Part shown: positions 1 to 13,089 of the stretch, piece after piece | How positions within the stretch are numbered: position 1 is the stretch's first letter | Layout of the letters: each line of letters starts with the position of its first letter | Origin: Octopus vulgaris | Lineage: Eukaryota | Direction: 5' to 3' | Assembly: GCA_951406725.2 (NCBI GenBank) | Contig: OX597816.1 | Span: forward strand, 89,094,001-89,158,000 | Length of the DNA: 64,000 nucleotides | Translations under genes and position numbers: made by a program | The notes under the pieces: generated by a model | What the model saw: only the letters and a program-made list of their open reading frames with translations | Told to the model about the DNA's origin: nothing | Databases searched by the model: none

Positions 1-384
1 TAATGCTGTGAAGCGTAAAATACTTGAAATTATTGCTGGGAGACAAGTCTATCAAAATAGCATATCAATACTGATTAATAATCTTTTTAACGCAAATTGC
101 TCTATTAAGTTTTGAATAGTAAAAGGAGAACATTTCGAGAGTGTTGTTGTTGTCTATTTGAAGCGTACACGGCTATTGTTCAAGTAGATATCAGAAAAAA
201 AATATATATATTCTGATGATAATATTAACACCACCAACAACAACAACGACAATATCAACAACAACAAGAGCGACAACAACACAGCAACAATAGTATATTT
301 TCGTAGTAGATCAGTTGCATTGAAATTTATGACAGCACACGGAATAATTATTGTTATGGTGAATATGATGATGATAGATATGGT

Positions 385-448
385 ACTACTATTACCACAA
401 CCACCACTACCACTATACTACGACTACTACTACTACTACTACTACTAC

Positions 449-503
<55 letters not shown>
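385..503. repeat. Compound (ACC/ACT)n-(AAT)n microsatellite
   Basis: Directly visible trinucleotide runs. Confidence 0.95.
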
Positions 504-505
<2 letters not shown>

Positions 506-1294
506 CTACAAAATCTGCTGTTCATCATTTTGTCATGTGTAATCCTTTCATTCGTATAACATCGTGTTATCTCAGGTCTACTTTATTTTTACTTTGTTTT
601 GATTTTGTTTTTGCTTGTAGTCGTGTTTTGTTATAACTTAGTTGTAGAATAAATAAATAAATGAATAAATAAATAAGTAATATAAACAGATGCCGTGGCT
701 CAGTGGCTGTGCGCCGCATCTTATGTGAACTCATTTATTGAAACTGATTGCCTCAATAAATAGATTTTTTATACATATGTCCCATTTATGTTGTGCACAC
801 GTGTCTGGATATGCATTATAGAGAACTACACAAAAGGAATTACATTATACCCGTAAAATAAATATTTTTGTTTACAGTAGAGGTTTACAGTATCGGCATG
901 CTGCCTTGGTTTATAGAGGTAAGTTGTCACAATTTGTAAAATGCTACTCCGGCTGTAGATTTAAAAATCTAAGATTGGTATGCATATATGAAATGTACGC
1001 CATAATTATCGTGAGTATCAGCCATATAAAGATTTTTGAATTAAATGAACTTATTGTTAATTTTTATCACTAAGTGGGATGTACATATTTGAATTGTTTG
1101 ACCACATACTATTACAAACACGACTCCACTCATGGGGGTTTCGCATTCTTGAAAATCTTAACCTAACGTGAATCTTGTTTTCTCGTTGAGTTTATGTTAC
1201 ATGTAAGTCGGAGACAGAATAAGTTCCATGTTACAGGAATGCACGTTAGCAAAAGATTTTCTTAAGTGCAACGTTTCAATAATGCAGGGGATAT

Positions 1295-1990
1295 TTGTAT
1301 TACACTGCTCATATGCAGCTAAACAAAGACAAATGTGAACTAATCCACTTCAGAAAAGGGTATTCAATTAAGTTACCATACACCATTTACTCGGGTGAAA
1401 CTCTCGTGACATCAAGCACCACTAGAGATCTCGGAGTAACTGTCGATAACAACTTAAGCTTGAGAACCCACATAAACAGCAAAGTTAACATGGCCTGCAG
1501 GACGCGCTCCTAGACTCTTAGGAATTTCTGGTTTAAGAATGATCCTACCCCTATCCTTCTCTTTTCTACTTTCGCTCGTCTTCACTTGAGTAGTTTGGTC
1601 CGCTATAATCACCCTGCAAGGAAAAATAAGTATTATAAAAATAGAAGCACCCCAAAGATCAATAACAAAAAAGATGAAATGACAGTTCTTTATTACTGGG
1701 ATGAGCTCGTAAAGCTCGAATTCTAATTTTCTGCAACACCGCAGTGAACACTATGTTACTTGTAAAATGGGGAAAAATATTCCATCAACATTGTCCAACT
1801 TATTTTGGCATTAATTTTAAGATTTACTCAAGACTTACACCACGTGTCTACAAATATCGTGCTCGAGTCACATCACGATACTAATACAGAACTGTATTTC
1901 TTTAAGTAGCCCTGCTTCCCCTAACGCTCATGCCAAGAGACATAAGGAATAATGATATCTCAAAGCATGCAAGCAGTTCCTGGGTGAATT
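1295..1990 (+). mobile_element. Decayed CR1/Jockey-group LINE, 3' part of ORF2 (RT C-terminus)
   Basis: ORF 1295-1513 reads MQLNKDKCELIHF...RDLGVTVDNNLSLRTHINSKV, matching the 'LN..KC....F / RDLGV..D..L.F..HI' motifs of CR1/Jockey RT. It continues with stops and frameshifts. Confidence 0.75.
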
Positions 1991-2092
1991 CATCTAACTA
2001 AGTCAAAATAAACCACGTATAACGCAATATATATCTGTAAACAATAAATCTGTATTCGATTGGGTAATGATGCCCAAAGTATAACTGTAATA

Positions 2093-2183
2093 TGCAGAAG
2101 ACACTTTTCCAAGTTTCCACGCGGTGGAACTGAACCCGGAACAATGTTATTGGTAAGCAAGCTATTTACCACACAGTCATACC
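2093..2183 (-). mobile_element. SINE family A, tRNA-like head fragment
   Basis: Reverse complement matches the head of the full copy at 52894 (GTGTGGTAA box A, GGGTTCAGTTCC box B). It abuts (TA)n. Confidence 0.8.
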
Positions 2184-2185
2184 TG

Positions 2186-2186
<1 letters not shown>

Positions 2187-2250
<64 letters not shown>

Positions 2251-2251
2251 C

Positions 2252-2302
<51 letters not shown>

Positions 2303-2435
2303 GTATGTCTATGTATAAAATATAAATGAATAATGCATTAAATATAGTTATATATATATAGTCATAGATATAGATATATAGATATATACACACACACTCG
2401 CAATCACACACATACACGCGCGCACGCACACGCAT
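2187..2435. repeat. (TA)n / (TATG)n / (CA)n compound microsatellite
   Basis: Directly visible. Confidence 0.95.
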
Positions 2436-2800
2436 TTATATTGATTTGTGTATCATGAGACTAGGTAAATCACTCTTTGACTCAAACGAGAAGCCTCTGA
2501 GCTACTTGACCACACACGTTACGAAAGACGATTCTTTTCTCATCCTTGACTTTCGGCAGCATTAGTTTAACAGTTACCACTTACCACATACTCTAACGTA
2601 ACCGAAAAAATTATCCTTTCAGTCCCTCACAAAATCAAATGTTACAGCATATTCATAAACTGCTGTAGTAGTGCAGATGAAGAATACCGCTTAAACCGCA
2701 TGAAGTCAGTGCAACATCCATCACCATATTACATTAGAGATCATGCAAATATAGAACAAAAATATATAGCTGAAGTAATTTCTGATATAGTATGATAAAA

Positions 2801-3034
2801 GGCGGCGAGCTGGCAGAAACGTTAGCACGCTGGGCGAAATGCGTAGCCGTATTTCGTCTGCCATTACGTTCTGAGTTCAAATTCCGCCGAGGTCGACTTT
2901 GCCTTTCATCCTTTCGGGGTCGATAAATTAAGTACTAGTTACGCACTGGGGTCGATGCAATCGACTTAATCCGTTTGTTTGTCCATGTTTGTCCCCCCTC
3001 TGTGTTTATCCCCTTGTGGGTAGTAAAGAAATAT
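2801..3034 (+). mobile_element. SINE family B, full-length (tail type 1) with 15-bp TSD
   Basis: GGCGGCGAGCTGGCAGAA head, GAGTTCAAATTCC box B, central GCCTTTCATCCTTTCGGGGTCGATAAA. TSD atatagt(a/g)tgataaa at 2785-2799 and 3035-3049. Closely similar to 32315-32551. Confidence 0.92.
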
Positions 3035-3169
3035 ATATAGTGTGATAAATATAGGTTTGCAGTTATACAGAAAATGCGAATGTTGGTAACTGCTACGTAG
3101 ATCGTTGAGATCAGTGAATTTGTTCATGAGATTTAAAACACGTGTTCTTCTTTTGTACTATTGCAGGCG

Positions 3170-3520
3170 CTTTGAAGCAGATGGGGGTGCGCATGTTATG
3201 ACTTTTAGTTTTGTGAATTTTTTGAGGGACTCGAATGTATTTGTATGATTGTTTCGATCAAACTCTTGATTGTTTCAGCGGCCTACTGGCATTACCATTT
3301 GTTGCTACGTACAATAACATTAAACTGATAAAGATTTGACTGTTAGCTGGTTTTTAAGGATTGTATCCTGAGTGGCATCTGTCTTCGCTCCTCTCATCAC
3401 CAATGCAGATTTTGGCACCTCTGATTTCGTCTTTCTTTCTCAAACCATCAAACGTTTCCCATAACGTTATACCTGAAGATGTTGGCACTGAAGGTCAACT
3501 ATATCATTCTCGCTAGTTTC
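3170..3520 (-). mobile_element. Possible highly decayed RTE-clade LINE 3' fragment
   Basis: Minus strand gives fragments such as VPKSALVMRG...ILKK and a terminal KSH..H-like stretch, reminiscent of the RTE ORF C-terminus. Heavily frameshifted. Confidence 0.35.
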
Positions 3521-5334
3521 AAGTAACCTGCATACGTCGTGGAAACAATCTCTTCTTTGTGACAAAACTATAAAATAAACAATAGTAAAACAGATCATAC
3601 GCTTCATACTTTCGTAGTTGAAAACATTTCATATTTTCATTGAAATATGCTACACACTTACAACTTTTCAACGTTTGTTTATACGGAAATGTATTTGTCA
3701 CATATGATAATGTGTTAGAAGAAAACAATCTTAAGCAAAGTAATTTTTTTTGTACATTATGATTTTTGTTTCCGAAATCATACTCGTAAAATTTCTTTGT
3801 TGTTGGTCTGTTTCATTTCTTTTATTGTTATTGTTGATATTATTATTAGTTGATGTTGCTGTTGCGGTCAGAATATTATTTTTACATTTTTTTCTTCACA
3901 GATACAGTTTTTAATCTTTATAATTGAATTCGCTTTTAATTAAGCATCGTTTAAATAGAATTTTAATTAACGCATTTATTTCATTATACGAAAGAAAAAT
4001 AAGAACAAAATTAATTACTTTCTTGAATAATTTTTGATATCAGTTTTACGTTTGGAAAATTTGTTTCCTAAAGCAAGTTTCAAGTTAGTAATTTGGCTTT
4101 GATAACTTTGGAAGGAAAAGAGAGAAAATGGAAATATTTCAAGTCAATTCTACTGTGTAATATTTTTCTCTCTGGTTCAACCGGCGGTATAGAGTAAAAA
4201 TAAAGCTTCTAGTGAAGTGAGCATAGCGCAGTTTCAATTCAAATGTTTTATGGTATATATTTTCAAACCTCTATATTTGTGAATTACATTTGCTACAGAG
4301 TCAGTAATATTATGCCAGTGGCATACAGAAACAAATTCATTCGGCTGCATATATTCTCGGTTCGAAATATTATCTTTGTCCTTAAGGAATAAAACTGTCT
4401 TTGATTGAATACTAGCGCCGCTTTCGGTTCCCAGCTCAGTTCATTTCGGAAAGCATGTCATAGTAATATCTCGAAAAATTGGAAACAGAGGATTTTTTAG
4501 TTAATTATGTGGCAATGTTCTTAAACACTTTCACAACGAATCGAGTATACTTGTTAATCCCTTTTTATATTTACTATCAATTACAAGCTTTATGATAGAT
4601 TGATCATAATATTAATGTACAAATTGCAAGTTACATTTCTTTATAAACTATCCATCTATGTGCTGTATCTCCAAAACAAAATCAATATAAATTTAAATTG
4701 AAAATATTGTTAAATAGCAGGTGAATCTGATCATATATTTTTGTTTTCGATTACCAACTGTTGCTAATTCGTTTCACTTAATATACTTATTAACAAAAGA
4801 ATCAAAACATGCTCATTAGATCATTCTTATTCTGTCTATAAGGATTTGTGGTAAAGTAGAAGAGTAGCGTTTGTTTTAATCATGACAATTAACTTTGTAC
4901 AACTGTACCTTCCTTCTTGTCAAATTTAGTGGAGATACAACTCATAGTTGTAATCACTTCACAAATCTTAGTTTGTTAATGCTATTGTAAAACGCATGAA
5001 TCATGAAAATATGTACCAAAAATATATATAAAGTTCCAGTTTACCAGTTTAGAGGACAAGAGTCTTCATATAATGAAGAGTTAATTGCTAAATAAAGATT
5101 GATAAGGATGTAGCCAATATCATGGCTTCATTCCGGCTGTGTTTTAGAACAAGTTGTGAAACGAGCGATTTAAACAGAAGTTCAGGTTCTGTTTTTTCGT
5201 GGAATTTCAACTGGGTGTTGCACTTTGAGCTTATCCCAGATTGTCATCGCTGTGATCGTTAACCTCATTGTTCAACAACTTCTGCGAATATATGTTTGCT
5301 TTAAAAGCCCGCCAACCGGCATTGGTCAATCGAA

Positions 5335-5700
5335 ATGCTTATTACTATATCATAAGAATGCCGCAGCACATACAACCAATGTAATCAAGCTCAAAATGGA
5401 GGAACTTGAAGGGCTGGAAGCGCTGTGTCAGTCTGTCTACATTCCAGACCTAGCACCGTTAGAGTGCAACCTTTTCCGAACCATGACTCGTTTCCTGCAC
5501 GCATGGGGGTTTAACAATATGGATGAGGCTGAAATTGTGTACTGGGTGTTCTTTGCCTCTAAACTAGCCAAATGGCATAAGCGTAGAATAGAGCTTCTGA
5601 TAAAACGATGGCAACAGAGGATAGAATATGACGGAGTATATTTTGATGAATGAATTCGTTTCGTACGTAATTTGTTTGAACTATTAACATTTGAAACACG
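5335..5700 (+). mobile_element. Mariner (Tc1/mariner) transposase C-terminal remnant
   Basis: ORF 5225-5653: HKNAAAH...YIPDLAPLECNLF...IELLIKRWQQRIEYDGVYFDE, degenerate versions of HDNARPH, YSPDLAPSDYHLF and RW..CI...G.Y. Confidence 0.85.
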
Positions 5701-6939
5701 AAGAAACGTTTTGGATCTCTTCAGTTTTAATTATTTTTTTTTGGTAACTAAACAGTTTGAAACTTTGTATACTGGCTAATTTCTCACGCCGAACACGGCT
5801 TACCTTCAAACATTTTTGATGAAATTTCGTATTTTAGAAGTTATTTCATGTTAAAGTTGTCATATGTGGGTAATTTTAACACATCAACGACGTATATTCA
5901 GCTGAAGAAACCTACTGCTCTTTGCGATAGTAATCGAAGAGCAACAACTTCCTCGCCTTCTCCCCATCTACACACTATATGCACATCCCACTTATTATTA
6001 CACTATATTAGCTGACCAGCTACTTAACCAGCTTCCTTCTTAATACGAAAAGTGCCAAGCTACAAAATGATGCGAAAACTCTTTTCTGTTAGAAGTCAGG
6101 TCAAGCTGGTTACAAACTGCCGTTCACCTTCGCCATGTTGACCTGTCTTTCATTCACATTCTTTCTTTTTTCTTTTGCTTTGCTTGACCCTTATTTTGTT
6201 ATTGTGGTTGTGTCTTTTTGCGTTCGTGTGTTCGTCCTCCACTATATTATTATTATCGATGTTGTTATTGTTTTTTGTTTTTTTCTTCGTGTTATTACCA
6301 TTCGCTACGATAACCCTTCCTTTGCCAACTTGTCTTCTGCTGCTGTGCTTGACACTTACTCTGCAATTGTGCTTTTATCTTTCTGTGCGTGTATGTTCGT
6401 CCTAGCGGCAATAGTACTACAAACCTTAGCACTAGCAATGCTAATCACACCAGCGACAACACAGACTGAAACATCGCCACTAAAGGTAGTAACAATAAGA
6501 ATAAAAATAATAACAATAACAATATAACACCCACATCTGCAGTTATAGAACAATATGAAACTATAGACAGCATACCGAAGTCGCCTCCCCTAAGCAGATA
6601 TAGACAGAGCATACCTTATTACGCTCATATGGAGGTCGCCGCCTGAGGCAGATGGAAACTACTATGTAATAAACACCTGTTGGACTAGAGAAGTACTTAG
6701 GAACAAAATAAGGGACGACTGCTACACGTACTTCAGCAATACAAAACAAAGAAAACGCTTTTCTTTGTATCCCAGGAGGCGACAGAATAGAAAACAGAAA
6801 CAAACTATACTCAAACCCTGATCTCAGATGACAACGTGGCAGAAACAGTGAAAGAGACAAAAAGCAACATGAAAACAGAACAATAAAACATACTAAAGAA
6901 GAAATGGAGAGAAAAGGCACTTCATTACCAATACCCTGC

Positions 6940-7140
6940 AAGGCGTGACAGAAGAAAAGTGAGCGTAACTAAAAGCAAACAATCGCTCAAAAGCTGTGGA
7001 CTAAGAACCGAAACGGAAGCACTGATTTACGCCTGCAGAAGACCAATACCTGATCATAAACAGCTATGAAAACAAAATAATGCAAATAGGCCCTAACAGA
7101 AAATGCATAAATTCATGCAATGCACGTGAAACAGAGAAGT
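6940..7140 (+). mobile_element. R4/Dong-type LINE fragment (post-RT region)
   Basis: Translates to LKSCGLRTETEALIYA..DQYLIINSYENKIM...RKC, homologous to SSGLKAETEGFLIAAQDQSLPTRNY in the 18730-19230 ORF. Confidence 0.65.
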
Positions 7141-7159
7141 TGTATGCTTCTCCACAGTC

Positions 7160-8635
7160 AAGTTGTCCAGCGGAATATCAATAGACAGCCTGCTGAGCTA
7201 CATTCAAACAATGAAACCCCTCATCACCAATGTGGGAGGAACTACGTTACAAGCTCATGAAGAAAGAGAACAGCTTCTCAGTGCTCACATGATCACGTGG
7301 TTAAACATCCTAGGACCAAAGAAACCCAAGGCCAACAATTTCCAAGCCGCGAATAAAGACACCTCAGTACTGTAAAGATGCTGTATAGACTATGCAAAAA
7401 TCATAAAATAACCACCGATCCAGTGACAAGGCCACCAACAAGATTGGTCTGCGGGGCTAACAATGCGAGTAACTACAGGATTTCCTACATCTATCGATGA
7501 TCATGATTTCAATATCAAAATGTATCCGGGTGAAGACCTCCTCAGCAGAATCAACGAATGCAAACACGCCTGCGATCTTACAAGCTGCATAAAAGCAGTA
7601 TGCATGTGGTGTCCCAATACCCACTCATCAGCATTGATCTTAGTGTAGAGAAATGGGTAGAGATGATCAGCGACAGCGACGAGGAGTTTCGTGGTGTTGA
7701 CATAGAGGAACTGAGACTCTATCTTAGAGTACTTCAAACTGTACCAAGACAAATTTGACCTTAGTTGTCTCTTCCCCAGTAGACCAATACAAGTTATACC
7801 TCCTATCATCATCTCAATAGCCAAGATGAGCTCTATAGAGAGACGGAACGGGTGAAACAGAGCCATACAGACCCCCACAAACTATGATCAGCTGAGAAAT
7901 ATAGTCACACATGTGGTTGATACGAGTACCAAAGTTACACTGAAGGGCCATATATTTAAGTTCAATAATAAAATATACACCCAAGAAGAGAAGGCAGCCA
8001 TCGGCATTAGTATCGCTGGTTATGTAGCCAACATCTTTAGGGCATGGTGTGATTAGAGATTCAAAGAGCGCTTCGCAGAGAGCTCCATAGACCTAACCAT
8101 GTACTCACACTATCTTGATGATGCCAATATCGTAGAGAAAGCACCTCCACTAGACAATATCTGTGAATCTGAACTAGAAACCAACACCATGGAAACCATC
8201 CAGCAAATAGCTAACTCAATCCAACAGAGTATTAAACCAAAAAATAGACCACCCTAATAAGCCACGCTAATAAGACACAGAACTCTGACTGGAACCTATG
8301 AATAGCATGGTCCAGATTCTCTATTCGCATTATGCCAAACCCATAATCTCTAAACACCTGATCCACCAGAGCGCAGTAATTGTGGATAGTACTGAGTTCA
8401 ATATCCTAATAGCGGACTTGATGAGGATGATGAGAAACGTGATCCAACGGAATTGGAGAGACAATATAGGGCACTTAATCCACTGCATACAGTTCTCTGG
8501 ATACAGCCAAAGAGACTGAATCAGGATGTAAAGGGAGCCATGAAAAAGGTCAAGGCCATAATGGAGAATGACGCAGATGGGATCTGCCTACTATACAAGA
8601 GTAAATTATGGAATAGCATAAAAAGAGGAAAATAG
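7160..8635 (+). mobile_element. Penelope-like element, decayed RT and thumb region
   Basis: About 7940-8130 reads GHIFKFNNKIYTQEEKAAIGISIAGYVANIF...YSHYLDD. ORF 8298-8519 reads ILYSHYAKP..SKHLIHQSA...MRMMRN...QFSGY, a PLE-type thumb. Confidence 0.75.
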
Positions 8636-8760
8636 TATCCACCTACCTACCTACCTAACTAACTACCCAACTACTACCTATCTAACTACCACCTAACTAC
8701 CTACCTAACTTTCTACCTACCTATCCACCTATCGACAAACATACATGCATACATACATCA
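8636..8760. repeat. Degenerate (CTAC/CTAA)n tetranucleotide repeat
   Basis: Directly visible. Confidence 0.85.
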
Positions 8761-8804
8761 CTCGAAGCGAGATATCGAAAATACTCGAATTGATAGAAAC
8801 AATC

Positions 8805-8945
8805 CTTTCTACCAGAGGCACAAAGCCTGAAACGTGACGAGAGGGAGAGTTAGTCGATTTCATCGACCCCAGTACATGACTGCTACTTATTTTATCGACT
8901 ACGGAATTTGAACTCAGGACGTGAAACCAAAAGAAATGCTGCCAA
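8805..8945 (-). mobile_element. SINE family B, degenerate partial copy
   Basis: agtcgatttcatcgaccccagtac...ttttatcgac...ggaatttgaactcag is the reverse complement of the family B core and box B. Confidence 0.7.
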
Positions 8946-9119
8946 GAAGCAATGTTGCCTGTAGAAATAATACGTCAAAGAAAAGAAAATAGAAAAGAAA
9001 ACCAATTTCTAACCTAGAATTATTTAGTTTGAGTGTGCCTGGCTGAATAATTTGGCATCTGCTCCATTCAGAGGTGAAACAGTAACATGAGATCTGTATA
9101 TATATTTTATCTTTTATCT

Positions 9120-9478
9120 TTTATTTTTTTCACTCATTGGTCTGCGGTCATCTGGGGCACAACCTTAGAAGATTTAGTCGCACAAATCGACCCCAGTACT
9201 GCTTTTGTTCTATCACTCCATTTTGCCAAACATTGGTTGTCAAGGGGTGGGCAAGGGATAAACGCTAACACGCATACACACACGTGCGTATACACACATA
9301 TACTTGTATACGACAAGTTTCCACATGGTTTCCATGTTCCAAATTCTCTTGCAAAGCATTGGTCGGATCGGACTGTACTCAAAGGCATATGCCCAAAGAG
9401 GCACGCAGTGGGAATGAACTCGAAAACACGTGGTTGCAAAGCGAATTCCTTAACCACAAAAATTATACCCGCGCATAC
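9120..9478 (-). mobile_element. SINE family A, degenerate copy
   Basis: Matches the tail (tcattgg...gcggtcat), tcgaccccagtact, internal CA repeat and head (cacgcagtgggaatgaactcg) of 45505-45921. Confidence 0.7.
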
Positions 9479-10499
9479 GATATCATTGGTAAATATTTAA
9501 TTGTTTTACCGTGATGAGTTCAAATTCTGCCAAGGATTGCACTGAGGAGGAAGTACAATTGCCCTAAATGTTCTCTAATGATTCAATAGTTTGGCGCACT
9601 CATGGCTTCAAACGTCCTATATAGGCAATTATATAACATTTTTTGAATATCTTCTAAAGAACAAGATTAAAACCACACGTAAATCTGTGCTAGTAACTCC
9701 ACCACCCACCCACCCACGTTTATCTATCGGTGAACTGTCAATGGAGTGGATTTAGTATACAAGTAATGTCCATGTACTAAATGCGTGTGTCTATTACTTC
9801 CAATTACAACGACCTTTTTTCTCCTTAATGCGATATGAGATGATAGCGCGGCCGTGTTATCTGGTTTTATGTGTGGTTAATGTTCCTGTTTCTATTAAAT
9901 ATCTTTATTCTTTGTATTTTCAATGTGATGTTTTCTCCACAAGTCTTACCACTATTTCAATAATGTTTTCCATTATTTTTCAAATGTCTAAGTTAGCAGT
10001 AGAGGTTACATAAATGCACAAGGCCCTAACTTTGCTTTTTCCTGTTATATAACAAATTCCGAGTATGTCAGTACTTGTGTTATGTAATCTGAATTTTCTA
10101 AATTCTTAATGCTTTTATTATATGATTTTTTTTCGTTCTTTTATTAATCATTTACATTTTCCTTTGTATATTTTAGGTGTTTTGTTATAGGAAATTTTTA
10201 CTGTCGATGCTGTCATTGATCGCTTCTATCTATTTTTTTTCTACTGGCTACGAACACTATATCCTTATGGTTATAGCTAGTTGATCAAGAAAGAGCTAGG
10301 ATAATCTTCTCCAAGATGTTTGGCAATTAGTAGTGTTCCAAAGTATTTAAGCAATCATAATGTACTGCAGGCGAACCTATTATCACAGATGCTCTTGTGA
10401 TTAGGAAAAAAGATGTACAATTTTATGATGTAGGCTGAGTGCATAATAGATGTATGTGTGTTCGGGTATGTTAATATTTGCTTCTATATCAAGTTATAA

Positions 10500-10708
10500 T
10501 AGTTTCAAATTTTGACACAAGGCCGCAATTTCGAAGGAGACGTTAAATCAATCACATCAACCCCAGTGCTCAACTGGTACTTACTTGTTAGACACCGAAA
10601 GCATGAAAGACAGAGTCGAGTTCGGAGGAATTTAAAATCAGAACAAAAAGGCGGACGAAATACAGCTAAGCATTTTACCCGGCGTGCTAACGATTCTGCC
10701 AGCTCGCC
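10500..10708 (-). mobile_element. SINE family B (tail type 2) with 11-bp TSD
   Basis: Ends cggcgtgctaacgattctgccagctcgcc, the reverse complement of the family B head. TSD tcaagttataa at 10489-10499 and 10717-10727. Confidence 0.88.
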
Positions 10709-10931
10709 AGGTTCTGTCAAGTTATAAAAACAAAGAATTCAATATTAAACTAAAGAATCACTGAACATTCTCTTGTATAGTGCATTCTTATTAAACTTTT
10801 TCAAGAATGGGAGTGACTGTAACTTTCAAGTTTAGTTCTATAAAACTCAGTCGGACTGCACTACATATACATAATCACATGCATACATATATATATGTAA
10901 GTTTGTATCAATATTTATAACTGCCTATCTT

Positions 10932-10968
<37 letters not shown>

Positions 10969-11789
10969 AGATGGATGGATGGATGGATGGAAATCTGCAT
11001 GTATGTATGTATATATGTGCATACATTTGCGAATGCACTACAGGGTATATCCTTTTCAGCAGTACAAAGTTTAGCTACCGTCTTACGTGTAATTCAATAT
11101 ATTGGACAATATAAACGATGCTTATATGATCGTTTCACAGGCAGAAAAATTGTGAATGGTCTAAACAGATTCAGTTCCATTTAGAACATTTTTTGAGTGA
11201 GCGCATATAACCCAGTGTACAAATATGCTGAAGTTTCTATTTTTCTGTATGCTTATGTGCGTATGACATAGATGTCATTTTATTCTGAAAGTTTAAATAT
11301 GAATTCGTTCGGATTTGATGTACTGCATATAGATATGAAATATATTTGACTTTCAACAGCGTACGTTCATAGGCAATATAGAAAAATTACTCTTTGGGTT
11401 CGAAGTTGTTTTATGCAATATTGAGGTTAATAACGAATGTACGTGGTAGGTGATATGATGAAAAAGTTTCTCAATCGTTAATAGACAGATATAAATCTGT
11501 TGTGCTTTGAGTTCATTATTTAAATTGTAAAAACAGAATGTTTTAGAACGTTTTTGTGAAGAAAGTGGATTGTACCAGATTTATTCACTTCTTTTTTTTT
11601 TGTTATTATTATCACAATTTTATTGATTGTTACTGTTGCCTGTGTCATATACGAGTCCAAATGAGTATATTTATTTTGGAAACTAGTAAGATTGTAGGTA
11701 AAATTGATAGCACTGCAACAAGTTTCATAATTGGAATACTCCAAGGCAATAAATTCACATCTTGCTGATCGTGTTATTGTTTAATTGCA

Positions 11790-13065
11790 TGTCTTCTTTG
11801 GCTCAATAGACCTATGAAGTAAAGCGTTCCAACCGTGAACACTCATTTATGCTCAAAGGAGTTGACTCCTCCATAATTTCTATTCGTAAATAGCATACAG
11901 GTCTTGCTTTATTATTTTGTGAATCTAATAGCCCTCTCCGCCCCGATAGTGTTAAGCAGGGATGTGGTTCTGAGGCCAAGAACGTCACAAGCTCGATCAC
12001 AAATTTGTGAGAGAACGGCCGACACTTTGATAGAATGCCCTTCTCGGTGATGAGCAGCGAAGCCTTGATTGGCAGCTCTACACACCTGGTTGACGCTGGA
12101 AAGGTGTCACAGCACGTGGAATCCCAGAAGAGAATCCTACCAATAAAGAACAGGAAACCTGTCATACCGCCAGGCATTTTACCGTCCCCTAGATTTAGGG
12201 CCGTTGGCTCCAACTGGGAAGTAATGCCTGTGCAGTCTAGGTCAGGCTTTATGATTTCATATGAAGGCGTTTAGCACTATAATGACAATTGTTGGTGATA
12301 GAAAGAAACGACAATGGATTCTGAGCACTGAGGCGCATAGATATGGAGGTAAAGCCTCACGGAAACGAAGATATGAAGACAGTTGGTATCAAGCTGACTT
12401 GTCAATCGAGAGTGACGGCATTGCATTGAGCAAGACACTGGGGTATGACCGAAACATATCAGACGGTGCTGGTAAAGTCGGCCCACCAGTACTAGCATTT
12501 CCAAGATCCTGCTGCACTGAATGGCGTCCCATTTCCTTGATGGCGGGGAGCGGACATCCACAAATGGGTAGAGAGAGATGGACGTCCTCAGAGTGGAAGC
12601 CAAATTGGCTTCGTATTGTGTAGGCCACCCGTGCTCCCCCATCACAGTGGGTTCGTTTGTGTTGCAGAGAAACCTGTTATCTGACGGGTAGAGTGGTCTG
12701 TTTCGACACAGTGTCGTTAGACCGGATGTTTCGTATCTTTTCAGCGGTCCGTTGGATACAAGCTTAGAGATCTGTGAGAAGGGATGTGTGGCTTCAGCAA
12801 GGGGCAGCGTGGAATGTGTGCAGAAATTTCGGTATCGCGAGGCAGTTCCTTAACATGAAGAATGTAGGATGGGCATTCTTCCTGTTAAGATACAGTCTGC
12901 TCATCATAGTTTCGAGCTGGAAAAGCATCGACCTGAGGGTGGAGCAAATGGGGGCATGGGATTTGCAGCGAAACAAGGATAATGATGTCCTCCTTCCGGA
13001 AAGAGTCAGATGTGATTGTCGGAGAATTTCTACGACTTCACGAACCCTCCAGTCGCAGCTTTGAG
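11790..13065 (-). mobile_element. CRE-clade (RLE) non-LTR retrotransposon, 5'-truncated and decayed
   Basis: LRNCLAIPKFLHTFHAAPC (12794-12976), an ANLASTLR segment (QA.LP..-like) and RLE motif EPTALNLGDGKMPGGMT...LFWDSTCCDT (EP..L...DGKRPDG.T...WD.TC.DT). Confidence 0.8.
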
Positions 13066-13089
13066 TCTTGCGCTTCTTCGTACGTAATT

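Noticed and set aside
2-115. Open frame NAVKRKILEIIAGRQVYQNS... at the window start
   Set aside because: Short, no recognisable motif, and upstream context is missing.
689-720. gatgccgtggctcagtgg, resembling a tRNA 5' end / box A
   Set aside because: No box B or cloverleaf follows. At most a SINE scrap.
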